From contig NC_043000.1 of NCBI RefSeq assembly GCF_006345805.1, positions 58,156,001 through 58,220,000 on the forward strand: a stretch of 64,000 bases of DNA. The letters are read 5' to 3'. Below the pieces are notes generated by a model. The model searched no databases, had not been told where the DNA came from, and saw only the letters and a program-made list of their open reading frames with translations. Positions 25,112-38,175 of this stretch are shown here, piece after piece. The stretch's first letter is position 1; the number at the start of each line of letters is the position of its first letter. This stretch comes from Octopus sinensis. Taxonomy: Eukaryota. The position numbers were made by a program, and so were the translations under genes.

Positions 25112-25369
25112 ATGTAGATGGTTTCTTACAAGAGTATTTGGCTTGTGATCCTGCTGGAGCCAATAAGAAATGTACCAGTGTTATACTGAGTGTGTATGTT
25201 TCAATCAGTGATTCTCTTTGTTTTTGTGGCTGTGTACAAATTTAAGAAATCAACGAGGGTGATGGAGTTGATAAACAACTAAAAGTTGAGCTAGATGTCT
25301 TATCAGTGATTTTCTTTGGTTGAGGGAATGATGAGTGTGAGTGTACACACAAAGTATTGTGGTGAATAA

Positions 25370-25830
25370 AATACTTCTTCTTTCACTATGCTGTACCAGG
25401 AATCTTGATCCTTCATTACCTTCAACAAGTCTTCATATTCATATTGTGTGTCTCTGCCAATAACGTTGATATAATTGAGTGGCCTTCATCCTTGTTAGGG
25501 TGTAGAAGTTTCCAAAACATATTTTATATAGCCTGTTACTCATCATGATAGCAGTGGTCAACAAAGCCTATCTGAAATGAGCAATAATGATATAGTTGAA
25601 ATGTATCTATAAATCTCCTCTTTAGTCTTGTTCACACTATGAGATGCTTTAAGCCCTAAAGAGAAGCCTTGTGAATGTACCCTATAAAGGATCTTGAAGC
25701 TTCTTCTTCATGGTCCAGGTTGCGGCTCCATAGAGAAGAATGCTCTCTACATGTGCCCAAAAGAGGGCAAGTCTTGCTAACTTTGAAATAGTTGATAGCT
25801 AGATCCTTTGATGTTTTAATAAAATTAGAA
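25370..25830 (-). mobile_element. RTE-clade LINE C-terminal fragment
   Basis: VESILLYGAATWTMKK..GTFTRLL and INVIGRDTQYEYEDLLKVMKDQDSW on the minus strand. Confidence 0.75.
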
Positions 25831-26017
25831 ATGCTTCAAAGTTTTTAAAATTATCCAATACTATGGTGAAGAAAGAAGAATTACATAGATGCAACTCTAT
25901 TTTGACAATGAAAAAAGAGGATGGAAGCAAAGAATTTAATTTATTTTTTTTGGTGGTGGGGGGGTAGCAGGGTATCTGGTATTTGTCAGTTACAGAACCA
26001 TTATTTTATAGTATTAA

Positions 26018-26233
26018 CTTTTTAGCATTCAGATTATCCTATCAAATGTAATATTTATTTGCATTGTTTTGAATTAATCATTCATCATCTTACAGCTTTG
26101 AGATTTTGATGATATCATTGTTTATTTTTAAAATGATATTTTTGAGTAGGTGTGATAGGCCAGATCTGGTTGGTTTGAACAGAAAACGGTTAGAATATTT
26201 GATCTGGATAAAGTCAGTTTAAATATTAAAGGA
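26018..26233 (-). mobile_element. TTAA-flanked MITE
   Basis: ttaa|ctttttagcatt ... aatattaaagga|ttaa; homologous to 5341-5560. Confidence 0.75.
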
Positions 26234-26242
26234 TTAAAGTTT

Positions 26243-26688
26243 TGTAGTGACACCATCTTGGAAATCTTCAGCCCGCATGCGCAGAGTTGGATTCTTCCGG
26301 GAGGCCTGCCAGAAGTTCCCTCATGTGCATGTGTAGAAAACTAGGAGCAGCGAAATTTCCCTTGTATCGGCCTCTCAAACGCTGACAGCTGAACAGGACG
26401 GTCGTGTTTTATCAGCTCTCTCAAGCTGCCACATCGTGGCGGTGCTACGCTATGCTTGAACGGACAGGATTTGGCTCACTCCACTTGACTTCTGCGACGA
26501 GCTCCTAGGCTGCCGATTCGCCCAGAAAGAAGAATGTATAGATTGCAAATCCAGAAATAAAATACTTACGCTGTCGAAGTTAATTGGAAGTCTTGACTCT
26601 TTCCTTCAATTAATATTTTAATGTAAAGGATGCGAGCATCACCCATCCAGTGTTACAGACCTTTCATCCTGTTACAATTGGTGACCCC
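26243..26688 (+). mobile_element. LTR followed by tRNA-Trp primer-binding site
   Basis: TGTAG...TTACA ends (26243-26676), internal AATAAA, CpG-rich; TGGTGACCCC at 26679-26688 is complementary to the tRNA-Trp 3' end. Confidence 0.7.
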
Positions 26689-27585
26689 ATGGCTTCACTA
26701 CAATTTCTTATTGATTCGAAGTTCAAAATTTATTGAAGTCAGCACAATTTTGCTTTCACTGAGAGGAGAGTAAGTGAAATGATAAGTAATATCAACAATT
26801 TATAAAATGTTGTTAACGTTTAGCCCCAGACCAACCCTGATGAAGCATACATCTCTAATCACAAAACATTCTAACTATGACCATGTAGCAAGACTGATGT
26901 CATAGAATGTTGCATCATTTAGGTTTAGATAGTCAGAAATTGGCCCATCCTGCATGTTCCTAACGATTGGTCACTTAAGCCAGTCATGTGATGGTGTAAT
27001 ACTTGACCGAGTCTGTTTCTTGGATTGGTCTAGTTTTATGTGGGATACAGTTTTGTATTCTATCGTGCTGTGTGATAGACCAACAAGTACGGCAAAATCA
27101 AGTGCCTCTGTGTGCCTCATTTTGTCTTTAAATAAGAGGATTTTTCCTGTTTTTGCCAGTGAGGTGAGACTTTTCTGGAAGTTATGTCATGCCATTTTGT
27201 TCCTGTTGTTGAAGCACATGCCACCAGATTCTGACTGAAATGAGAAGTCAATTATGTATGATTACTATAGACAGTTATCTTCCTGATGTGACAAACTGGT
27301 TTGTTGTACAATTCATTTAATGGATGAATAAAGTATCACAGGTCATTAAAAACTCGTTTTCTTGTATTTCTTTTCCCTGTTTTATACACAACACACAGAA
27401 CCAAGAACTTGTAATAATACAAGGGTCAGAGACATGCGTTATACCAGCTAAAACCATCTCTTGCTTTTTTAGCTGTAGTTTTCTAACATCATTTTCTCTA
27501 TAATATTTTACTTCTGTAAGACAGTGCCATTAAACATGAGGGAGGCCTGGCTGCTGTTTCTAGAAAGTCGAGAAACCATCTAGAA

Positions 27586-28346
27586 CAATGGTTCTTAACT
27601 TTTTTTCTTTCGTAAATAGTTGTTATGTGTAGTACCCACATTTGTGGCGAGTGAGGAATCACAACTAAAATAAACTTAACATGGATTCTATCAGCTTTTA
27701 ACAATGAAAGGATAAAATATTATAGTAAAGACAAAATTAGTGACGTAGCTAATAGAAGAACAAGGGGAGCGACCGCTACCCCGAGCACATTTTTCAAACT
27801 TGGCGCCTTTTCAAAAATTTTTAAAACTCTTTAGTAACATCTATTAGTATTGAAAGTTTCATTCATAATGATATTGTTCCTAAAACATGTAATTAATAAA
27901 TGTAGAATATAATTACGAATATTATAACTAATGAAATATTTCGCGTAACATAAGAGAAATGGATTAAAAATTATTTGGCATGTGTCACAGCGCCTTTTTT
28001 GTGCTCCCTCCCCTTAACTTTAGTGCCTGGTTACGCCGCTGGACAAAAGTTGTAAATTTACTTCATACATTGCAAGTTTATGATTACCCTGTACCAGATG
28101 AGATCTAGTTAAGATTTCTATATCAGGCTCAACGTTAGTCGAAAGAAACTGGATGTCTCGTTTTATTGCAATAATCATTTATTAGTTTTACAGTGTATAA
28201 TATAATTACTTCTACGGGTAAAATTTAGTATGTAAATTTTGTTACCTCGCCCCCGCCTACTATCCCCAAAGGCCTAACGTCCCCATCGACAAACCCAGTG
28301 CCCCCTTCCCACCGTGGGGTAGTACCGCCCACATTAAAAACCTTTG
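27586..28346. mobile_element. Old hAT (Charlie-like) non-autonomous element
   Basis: Degenerate TIRs caatggttcttaact / cattaaaaacctttg in NTCTANAN-like flanks. Confidence 0.55.
27738..28041. mobile_element. Nested hAT MITE
   Basis: TIRs tagtgacgtagc / gttacgccgctg; TSD gacaaaat/gacaaaag. Confidence 0.8.
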
Positions 28347-28887
28347 GTCTACAGTCTCGCTCGATTGTTGATGTTCTTGCATGTAGTCAATCGACTATAT
28401 TCTCTCCCTTGAAGGTAATAGTCGTCTAAAATTTCCGAAAAAATTTTTTCAAAATTTGACGACAATTTTATCGTCAGTTTCTTTTACATAAGAAAAGAGA
28501 CATCAATAACAACAAGGAAGTAAAGAGTTGGTAGGTGCATACTTACGCACAAAGTTTAAACATAAACACAAATCCCTGCACGCAAAAGTAGATGCAGCAC
28601 TGAGGTACACGAAATAACGTGATAAGTTAGAGTTATTCCCCTTACATTATTAAAACAATTCAAGGTGAGGTTTTCATGTTCATCTCTCGATTACTACTAC
28701 TACTGATGCTGCTGCTGCTGCTGCTACTACTACTACTACTACTACTACTAATAATAATAATATATCATACTATTGTTGTAGTTCTGGTTCTATTATCACC
28801 ATTACTAACATATAAATACATACATGCATGCTTACATACATGCATGCATACATACATACACACATACATACATACATATATATATGC

Positions 28888-29450
28888 AGTTGTGTAAAAA
28901 TGCCTTCAAGATACTACCTCCCAATGCAAGATGATGTTGCTAAAATAATATACAATGACAGAAAAAAAAACTAGCGAGGCATAAATATAGAGAATCCCCT
29001 GTGATTGAATACATACACAGACATCAACACAAAAAATATTGGTGGAACATTCCCATGAAAACCTCTACTTAGTGCAAATATAACAGACTGAGTATAGTTG
29101 TTTGGGACAGGCAACAAAAAGTATCAACTTTCATAGAGGTCAGTGACCCTGCTGATATGAATATCTCCTCAAAAATCAGAGAGCAACAGCATGATCACAA
29201 ATTGAAAGAGGCAATGACAGAAAATTGCTTTAAACCTGCAGCTTATATATGTAGATTATATTTTCACATTTGAACCATATTAATTGGTGCATTTGGCTAT
29301 GTTAGTAAATGCCTAAGTGGCACTCTGGAAGAGCTGGAGTTTTCAGGAAAAGAAACAAACCAGCTAGCACACACATTGCAAATTCAATCTGTAAGCAGAA
29401 CAGATTGCATTCATAATGCAAGATTTTACCCCTGTCCAAAATGTGACATT
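28888..29450 (+). mobile_element. R4/Dong-type non-LTR retrotransposon 3' end (CCHC remnant + restriction-like endonuclease)
   Basis: SCVKMPSRYYLPMQDDVAKIIYN; KYWWNIPMKTS; degraded RPDIV..D..K...IEV..P.D motif; ILIGAFGYV. Confidence 0.7.
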
Positions 29451-29719
29451 GTTTTAGTCATCTGCAGTCCGAGCTTTGTATCACAGTTAGAAACAAGCTC
29501 CTTTCTTACAAGAAGTGAGGTAATTAAAAACAGAAGATCATACATACACTTACATACATACATATATACACACATAGAAAGATAGCACAACTTATTCCAT
29601 ATAAGCATTTGTAATATTTAATTTCTAAAATTAAAAAAAAAAGAAATGACCAGCTTTATATTAAATATTTCTCCACATGTTATTTAGCTCCAAATATTGC
29701 TTGGTTCCAAATCTGTCTA

Positions 29720-30112
<393 letters not shown>

Positions 30113-30119
30113 AATATAT

Positions 30120-30985
30120 ATAAAAGAATACAAAAAATGGAACAAGAACACAAAACATCCGGACAGATGATACAAAAAAGGGACACGAAAAAACAAGGGC
30201 AGGTAATCCAGAGTTTTCTTTCATCAGTTGAGTTCCAGATAATCTTTGCAGTTTTGGCTGGTTATACTCAAGACTGCTTTAATCTGCCCAGCCCCAAGGA
30301 AAATCTAAGCTAAGAACACATAGATTCCTTGGAAGAAAGCAGCGAATGTATACGAAAACAAGGACGGAAAAAAAACCGGAGAAATGTTATTCAAATACAA
30401 ATGCAAATAACAGGACATTAACAACAAATGTCTTTCGACTAAGGACGAATTCAATTAAGCTGGTGTATGTAGAAGTGAAGCCTTACGACAGGGACATAAG
30501 AGATGACAGGCATGGGGAGGAATATAGATGTCGAATCAAGAAAGAAAGGTCAGGCTTGGCCGAACTCCGGTCATGTGGAGAGAGAGGTGAGAGGTAGAGG
30601 CAGAGGGACAGAAGAATTAGGGAGGGATGAGAAAAAAAGAAATAGGACAGAGTGAAGTGAAAGAGGAGGGAAGGTGAAAATGAAGGGAAGGCTAGGAAAT
30701 GTGAGAGTGGGGGAACAAAAGAAAGAAGAGTGGAAAGAACAAAGTGTGAACAGGCTGATAGAAAGAAAGAAAGAATGAAAGAATAAGAGAGTCGTGTACA
30801 AAATTTATATATATATATACTTACATATAAGAGACCAAAGTATACATATGCTGCAATATGTATATAAAAAGAATATAAAAAATGGGACAAGAAAAAACAA
30901 GGACAGGTCATCCAGAGTTTTCTTTTGTCAGTCTAGTTCCAGATTGTCTTTGCAGTTTTGGCTGGTTATGCTTGAGACTGCTGTG
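30120..30985 (-). repeat. Two direct copies of a pLTR-like repeat (30120-30320, 30850-30985) around a purine-rich spacer
   Basis: Both contain ccagagttttc...agttccagat..tctttgcagttttggctggttat. Confidence 0.55.
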
Positions 30986-32229
30986 TGTGTGTGTGCGCGC
31001 GCGTGTGCATGTGTATCAGATTATGTCTTTTTATTAAGGCCAAAAAAGATCTTCACAAACTGTTACTCAGAGCTTCCTGTTATGATTTGCTGGACAGTTG
31101 TGATCATAAGATTATGTATCTGTTGACATAAATATAATAGTACACCAACAGATGCAAGAATACTATATCTATAAATGTAAATATGTAAACATCTAAGAAA
31201 TTAGTATATCTGCAGATGTAAATGTACAAGAATACTGTACCCACTTATGTAATTATGTAGAGAAAAGTATTTGAAAATAATAACAGAAGGTGCCAATGAA
31301 AGCCTAGAGATAAATGCGAAGGTTCATAAGCATTTCATGCATGACTGCCCTATATTTTTACTCGATACAGTGCACTTACTATCACCTTGTCCTATACCCA
31401 GATTAATATGCATTCAAAGACATTCGTAGTCATGACCATTCTGTCTTTTCCCTAAACACAGTACACCTAAGGTCACATTCATGTCCTTTTCTGAGACTGT
31501 CATGTGTGAAATGAGGAAAATTTGGCTGATATTTCTAGCAGGCTGCGTGATGGTATGAAGGCTTCTTCATTGCCTCAAGTTTCCTTATAGTTAAATGTCA
31601 CAAATCTACGAAAACCAGATTAACTTATAACATTGTAAAACTATTGCAGCTTGGATGAACTTATGAAGAAGACCCTATGCAGTTGCTTGATCTGCAAGAA
31701 ATAGTTGCCAAACCTTCTTCAAATCACACCTTGACTGTCTTAAAAATAGAAAAAACATTTCGGAAAATGTAATGCATGATATTCATAAAAAGATCGGATG
31801 GCCACAACCAGAATAGCTTTAGTAGCTTTAGTCAAAGGTATGCTTAATCAGGGCTGTTCTGGAGCTAAACAACAAACTTACTTACAAGCTACGAGGGAAG
31901 ACTTGATGTGACTACTTGGCCTGCCAGAAAAAGCATCTAAATTTCCCTTAAATCATTACCAAAATATTTTTTAAAATGGATACATTTAATACTGTTTGAA
32001 AGAGAAAAAAATTAGGTTAAACTACAATAACAATTACAACATGGTGTTATGATATAAACACTTTCCAGTGAAATATAAGTCAACCCAGCAGGGTAGATTC
32101 TGATCAATGTAAAGGCAGAGAGAACTGCAAACAAATGTCCATAGAAATTGCATTCAGCAAATATTAAATTACCCTGTAAAATTCTGCAATGGTATATAAT
32201 CACTACTATAATCACTACTATAACACACA

Positions 32230-32282
<53 letters not shown>

Positions 32283-32342
32283 GCACATACATACACTTAC
32301 ATGTAAACATATATACATATAATTATAAATATAAATATCTTT

Positions 32343-32500
32343 TGCAGAGTCAAGCATGGCTGCGTGATTTAGAACCTCACTTTGCAACTATATGGTTTTT
32401 GGTTCAGTCTCACTACACAGCACCATAGGCAAGAATCTTCTATTATAAGCCCTAATGCCTTATAAGTGAATTTAATTGACAAAAACTGTATGGAAACTCA
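32343..32500 (+). mobile_element. SINE family A head fragment
   Basis: gcatggctgcgtgatttag...ggttcagtctcactac. Confidence 0.65.
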
Positions 32501-32523
32501 TCACACACACACACACATATATA

Positions 32524-33346
32524 CAAGGGTTGGACAAAATAATGGAAACATCTAGCATCATAGCATCATAATTTTTAAATATCTATAAAACCATCAAAAG
32601 CTTCTTTATTTTGATGTTTTTTGATTTATTATTAGTGTTGCTTAATATGTTTTGCTAAAATTGCTGTTTCTTTTCAGATATCAGAAAAAGATAATTAAAA
32701 TTCATTAAAATGACAGATCTACTGGACTTTCAAAGAGGTCAAATTGTTGGTGCTCATATGGCAGGTGCCAGCATAACGAAAACAGTCTAAATGTTTGGTG
32801 TATGAAGAAGTACTGTCTCAAAAGTAATGGCAACCTTTGAGAAAGAGGAAAAACCTCTTCATTGAAACAAAACTCTGGAAGAAAACCAAAACTTTCAGAT
32901 AGGGACCGTTGGACTCTTATACGAATTGTTAGAAAGGATCACAAAAGCACAGCTCCCAAAATTACTGCAGAGCTTAATGACCACCTTGAAAACCCAGTTT
33001 CCACAAAAACTGTTCACTAGGAGCTGCACTAAGCTGGATTTCACGGGAGGGCTGCATTCAGAAAACAACTACTTTCAAAAACAAACATTGCAAAGCATTT
33101 AAAGTGGAGTAAAAATCTTCAGAATTGGTCCCTAGAGTAGTGAAAGAATGTTGTTTTCTCAGACAAGTCATCCTTTACCTTATTTCTGACTACCAGCCAA
33201 GTATATGTGTGGAGATAGCCAAAAGAAGCATTTGACCCACACTGCCTTCTTCCAACTGTTAAACATGAAGGATCTATGATGTTCTGGGGGGCTATATCTT
33301 GGAAATCTGCTGGCCCAATGGTTTCTCTTCATGGCAGAATTAATAG
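32524..33346 (+). mobile_element. Second copy of the Tc1-like element, 3'-truncated
   Basis: TA + left TIR; colinear with 188-1012; ATG at 32710; stops and indels. Confidence 0.95.
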
Positions 33347-33545
33347 GGTCCAGTCCTTGTTGTGAAATGGTGACGTGTGTGTCTCAACAACACTGAGAGC
33401 TGTGCTAGTGGAGTGAAAGCTCTTGGTAGCGCTTCCTGTACTGGACAGGTCAGAGAAGAGAGGCCAGACTAAAATGGACCACCTCTTCCCTGAGGCAAAA
33501 ATGGGTTTGCATAGGGCTGACACCCCTATTTAGAAAAGCAAAAGG
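33347..33545 (+). mobile_element. RTE-type 5'UTR fragment
   Basis: ctgagagctgtgctagtggag..gctcttggtag..gaggccagactaa..gggtttgcatagggctgacaccc; homologous to 6100-6260. Confidence 0.6.
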
Positions 33546-33751
33546 CAAAATTGCGGAAGCATCAATGACAATTCAAAAACCAACTGGGAGAGAAAGGCTT
33601 TGGTGGAATTTGAACTTAGAACATAAAGACAGACAGAATAATGCTGTAATTTCACATATAAAATGACAGATGTATGAAATTAAGTTCTTCTTTTTAATTT
33701 TTCATGGCATCACAGTATATGTAAGGCCACTTACAAGTACTTGTGTGTGCT

Positions 33752-33796
<45 letters not shown>

Positions 33797-33811
33797 ATGT
33801 GTAAAAGGGTA

Positions 33812-34105
33812 AAGATCCCCTTCAGTGATGAATGACCATGGGATTGCATCTGGAAAGTTCCCCCTCTGAGGCACAGGTCCAGACAAGGTTGTTTATGGAA
33901 GACAAGTAGTAGTCCCACGACATCACCAATGTAATCCATGGGAAAGGCAAAGGCTGATACAGCTTGGCACCAGTATGTTGCAACTCATATCTAGAACTGA
34001 GTGAACTGGAGCAACATGAAATAAAGTACTTTGCTGAAGAACACAACACACAACAGAGTCCAAGAATTGAACTCACTACCTCATGATTGTGAGCCATGCG
34101 CCTTC
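33812..34105 (-). mobile_element. CORE-type SINE family B
   Basis: Reverse complement of the 8876-9213 type. Confidence 0.85.
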
Positions 34106-34739
34106 ACTATGTATGTATGTATGTATGTATGTATGTATGTATGTATGTATGTATGTATGTATGTATGTATGTATGTATGTATGTATGTGTGTATGTGTGT
34201 GTATGTATGTATGTATTGGGAGAGAGAAAGAGTGGGGGAGAGGGACGTATATGTATGTCAATAGCAATTAATGTAAAATTAATATTTTCATAATAATAAG
34301 AATGTTTAATCTACATACACTCTGTGCCAGCATGTGTGTGCAAATGTGTGTGTGTGTACGTGTAAGTGTCTGTGGGTTTGTGTATTCATGCATATGCATG
34401 TGTGCATATGTGTATGTGAGTTCATGTATGTGTATGTGTGTTTGTGTATGTATGCATTAGTGTTATGCCTTACCATATGTACAGATGTAATCAAGAAAAA
34501 AAATCATGAAGATGTTCATTCTATATGATCAAATCATTACCTCAACAAACAGCAATGAAAGAATATAAATTGTTCTCTGCTAATTCTATGCTTAATTAAC
34601 TTTTTTGGCAAATGCCTCAATTTTACTTTTGATTTATGTTTTAATGTCCTCCATTATTACAATTCTATCTCTTTCAGATTTCTTTGATAATCATGAATGC
34701 GTATTTATTTGCTCCATAATAAGACAGTTAATAATATAT

Positions 34740-34883
34740 CATTCTTTTTTATTGGTGTACATACATACATATGTACATACATACATACTTATATACATAA
34801 ATATATATATTTATATATGTAATATACACATACATGTGTGTGTGTATGTATACATTTATATATATCTTTATGTGTGTATGTAT

Positions 34884-34915
<32 letters not shown>

Positions 34916-34950
34916 CTGTATTTATATATATATATATTTATGTGTGTGTG

Positions 34951-35036
<86 letters not shown>

Positions 35037-35300
35037 CTCTCTCTCTGTCTATATATATATATATATATATATGTATGTGAATGTGTGTGTGTAGAGAGAG
35101 AGAGAGAGGGGGAGAGAGGGATTGATGCATAGATAGATAATGATATATACAAATGTGTGCGTATATGCTCACACACACACACACACACATATATATACAT
35201 ACATATACATTTTTTGTCTGTTTGTAAGTATGTCTGTGCACACACACACATATATACATGCATACACACACACACACACTATGTCTAGATATATATGAAT
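34740..35300. repeat. (TA)n/(CA)n/(GA)n low-complexity block
   Basis: Directly visible. Confidence 0.9.
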
Positions 35301-35763
35301 GGGAGTAAGCCTGAAAATAATAATTTATTTTTTGATATTCTATTCTCAATGATGTAATTTTTTAAAAACAAATCATTGAATAATGAGTGAAGAATAATCT
35401 ATCATTTGGAGGGAAAACGAGCAAAAGAAAATAAAAAGAAAAGGACTAAACTAAAAGTGAACTTCTCTAGGAACAGATTAGGTTGTAGGAAGTTAATCAA
35501 CCAACTGGAATTATATCTGTTAAGAAAGTATTCCTTTTTTTATTATTTTTGTATTTAGCTTTGTTTTAAATTTCTATATTTCTGTCCTTTTATGTTTCAT
35601 GATTTAAGTTATATCATGTAAGTACCCCCACCCCAAACTCTCAAATTATTTTTGCATTTTTTGGTCATTTCTTTTTTTTATTCATATTTATCTTATTTAT
35701 TTATTTATGTATTTGATCATTTAATTTTTAGTGCTGCGATTTCTACTTTTGTAATACATGTAT

Positions 35764-35795
<32 letters not shown>

Positions 35796-35805
35796 TTTCT
35801 GTCTT

Positions 35806-36180
35806 TTAACTGTTTCAGTCATTAGAGTGTGACCATGCTGGGGCACAGCCTTGAAGGACTTTTAGTTGAATGAATTAATCCCAGTACTTATTTTGTTAAA
35901 AACTTGGTACTTACTCTATTGCTGTCTTTTTGCCAAACCACTAATGCTACAGGGACATAATATATATATATTAGTGTTTGTCCCCCTAGCATTGCTTGAC
36001 AACCGATGCTGGTGTATTTATGTCCCCGTCACTTAGCGGTTCGGCAAAAAGAGACCGATAGAATAAGTACTGGGCTTACAAGTAATAAGTCCCGGGGTCG
36101 ATTTGCTCGACTAAAGGCGGTGCTCCAGCATGGCCGCAGTCAAATGACTGAAACAAGTAAAAGAAAAAAAGAAAAGAAAG
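35806..36180. mobile_element. Two SINE A 3' halves in inverted orientation
   Basis: 35806-35960 (-) and 35973-36180 (+). Confidence 0.8.
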
Positions 36181-36190
36181 AATATATATA

Positions 36191-36384
36191 TATCTGTAAA
36201 TTAATATGTTACCATTATTCAATAACCAAGATAAAACTCTGAGTTTCGGATGCCGAAGTAGAAATCCACAACACCATCTCTTCGGTTATCTGGCCAGATG
36301 GTGTTGTGGATTTCCATTTCGGCATCCGAAACTCAGAGTTTTATCTTGGCTATTGAATAATGATAACATATTAATTTACAGATA
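36191..36384. repeat. Near-perfect 89-bp-arm palindrome from a pLTR-like repeat
   Basis: Arms 36191-36279 and 36296-36384, 16-nt loop, few mismatches. Confidence 0.95.
36230..36290 (-). ncRNA. Type I hammerhead-like motif with CCGAAGA core
   Basis: gataa CCGAAGA gatg...catc c GAA actc a gagt T ttatc; stem I 5 bp, triplet GUU. Confidence 0.6.
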
Positions 36385-36463
36385 AATTTCCTCTATTTAC
36401 ATAATATTGAGGTCTCTTTCTTTCTTTTGTTATCTTACCGTTTTTACCAATAATATTATATAC

Positions 36464-36803
36464 AGGCGCAGGCATGGCTGTGTGGTAAGGAGCTTGTGGT
36501 AAGGTTCTGGGTTCAGTCCCACTGTGTGGCACCTTGTGAGTAGATTTGGTAGACTGAAACTGAAAGAAGCCTGTCGTGTATATACATGTATATGTCTGTG
36601 TGTTTGTCCCCCTTGACAATCGCATGACAATCAATATTATTGTGTTTATGTCCCAGTAACTTAGTAGTTCAGCAAAAGACACAAATAGAATAAGCACTAG
36701 ATTTACAAAGGAGAAGTCTTGGGGTTAATTTGTTCGACTAAAAGCAATGCTCCAGCATGGCCACAGTCAAATGACTGATACAAATAAAAGAATAAAAAAG
36801 AAT
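36464..36803 (+). mobile_element. SINE family A with internal deletion
   Basis: Head, body and tail match. Confidence 0.85.
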
Positions 36804-36821
36804 ATATATATATATATACAT

Positions 36822-36975
36822 GGGCTTCTTTCAGTCTCCGTCTAGCAGATCTACTTACAAGGCCTCCATCTGCCTGAGGCTATAGCAGAAGACACTTGCC
36901 CAAGTTGCCATGCAGTGGGACTGAAACCAGAACCATGAAGTTGGGAAGCAAGCTTCTTACTACACAGCCATGCTT
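36822..36975 (-). mobile_element. SINE family A head/core
   Basis: Inverted relative to 36464-36600. Confidence 0.8.
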
Positions 36976-37023
36976 TCACACACATATATATTAATATATA
37001 TAGATATAGATAGATAGAAAGAT

Positions 37024-37067
<44 letters not shown>

Positions 37068-37120
37068 GATAGATAGATAGATAAAGGTAGACAGACATAT
37101 ATGTAGATATATTTAGACTT

Positions 37121-37885
37121 CGTGTGAACGTGACCTGGGTGTTATTGTCGACAGTGATTTGTGTTGGACAAAACACATCGCTAAAATTGTCAAGAAGGCT
37201 GAGGGTGTCTTGGCATCACTCACCAAATCCTTTGTGAGCTGCTCTCCGACTATCTATCTGCGGCTTTATATAGCTATGGTAAGACCTCACCTGGAATTTG
37301 CATCACCAGTCTGGAACCCCTATCATGCCCAGGATATCAATCGTCTGGAAGCCGTTCAGCGACATGCAACCAAAAGAATACCCTCCATCAGGCATTTGCC
37401 ATATTCTGAACACCTTTCTTCCCTGGGCATGGACATATTGAAACTCCAAACGTCTGGCAGCTGACTTGGCAGACACCCATAAAATTATCAACCATCTTAC
37501 GAACAATAACTCTGAGCACCTTTTCAAACTCCACCTGTCTAACACCCGTGGACATATTTACAAAGTCAGAAAGCAGCACAGCTCCCATGACTTTAGGAAA
37601 CATTTTTTTATGCTGAGAGTTGCTGAAGCATGGAACAAACTGCTGGCATCGGTTTTTAGTTGTCGGAGCACTGCATCCTTCAAAACTTCCATGCTTTCTG
37701 AGATTCGCCAACGCTACACCTGATTTCCTCCCCTCCACACACACACAAGCATATATCTGACTCATACATTGTTCGCTTTCCAGACATTTGTACATTACTG
37801 CATACACTTTATACGCACTTTCTGACAAGCTGTGGTGCACCTGAGCACTGTATACAATAATTTCATTATTATCATTATTATATAA
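37121..37885 (+). mobile_element. CR1-type LINE, 5'-truncated
   Basis: RDLGVIVD..LYIAMVRPHLEFASPVWNPY...TRGHIYKV...RKHFFMLRVAEAWNKL; one frameshift; 3'UTR with ATT-rich tail. Confidence 0.9.
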
Positions 37886-37894
37886 AGTACCTGA

Positions 37895-38175
37895 GCCAGT
37901 GTCACAAAAAGAAAACACCCGTGCCATCACAATGTAAGAAGCACCCATGCTGGTGCCACATAATATAGCACCTGTGTTGGTGTCACATAAAAAGCATCCA
38001 GTACACTCTGTAAAGTAGATGCATTAGGAAGGGCATTCAGTCGTAGAAATGATGCCGAAACAGATGACTGGAACCTGTTGCAACTCTCTGGCTTGCCAGC
38101 TCCAGTCAAACCATGTAATCTATACCAGCATGGGAAATGGATGTTAAAAAACGATAATGATGATGATGATGATGA
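37895..38175 (+). mobile_element. RTE 3'UTR fragment
   Basis: ttaggaagggcattcagtcgtagaaa...gcatgggaaatggatgttaaaaaacgataatgatgatg. Confidence 0.75.

Noticed and set aside
30180-30310. Hammerhead-like long stem (ggctgg...ccagcc) on the minus strand
   Set aside because: Neither CUGANGA nor GAAA nor an NUH triplet is intact in either copy
31059-31097. Relic hammerhead-like fold (stem I ctgt/acag, tctga-gta)
   Set aside because: Core and stem II are too degraded to call
33347-33545. Twister or HDV-like ribozyme in the RTE 5' leader
   Set aside because: Known in some RTEs, but the required motifs and pseudoknots could not be built from this copy or the 6.1-kb copy
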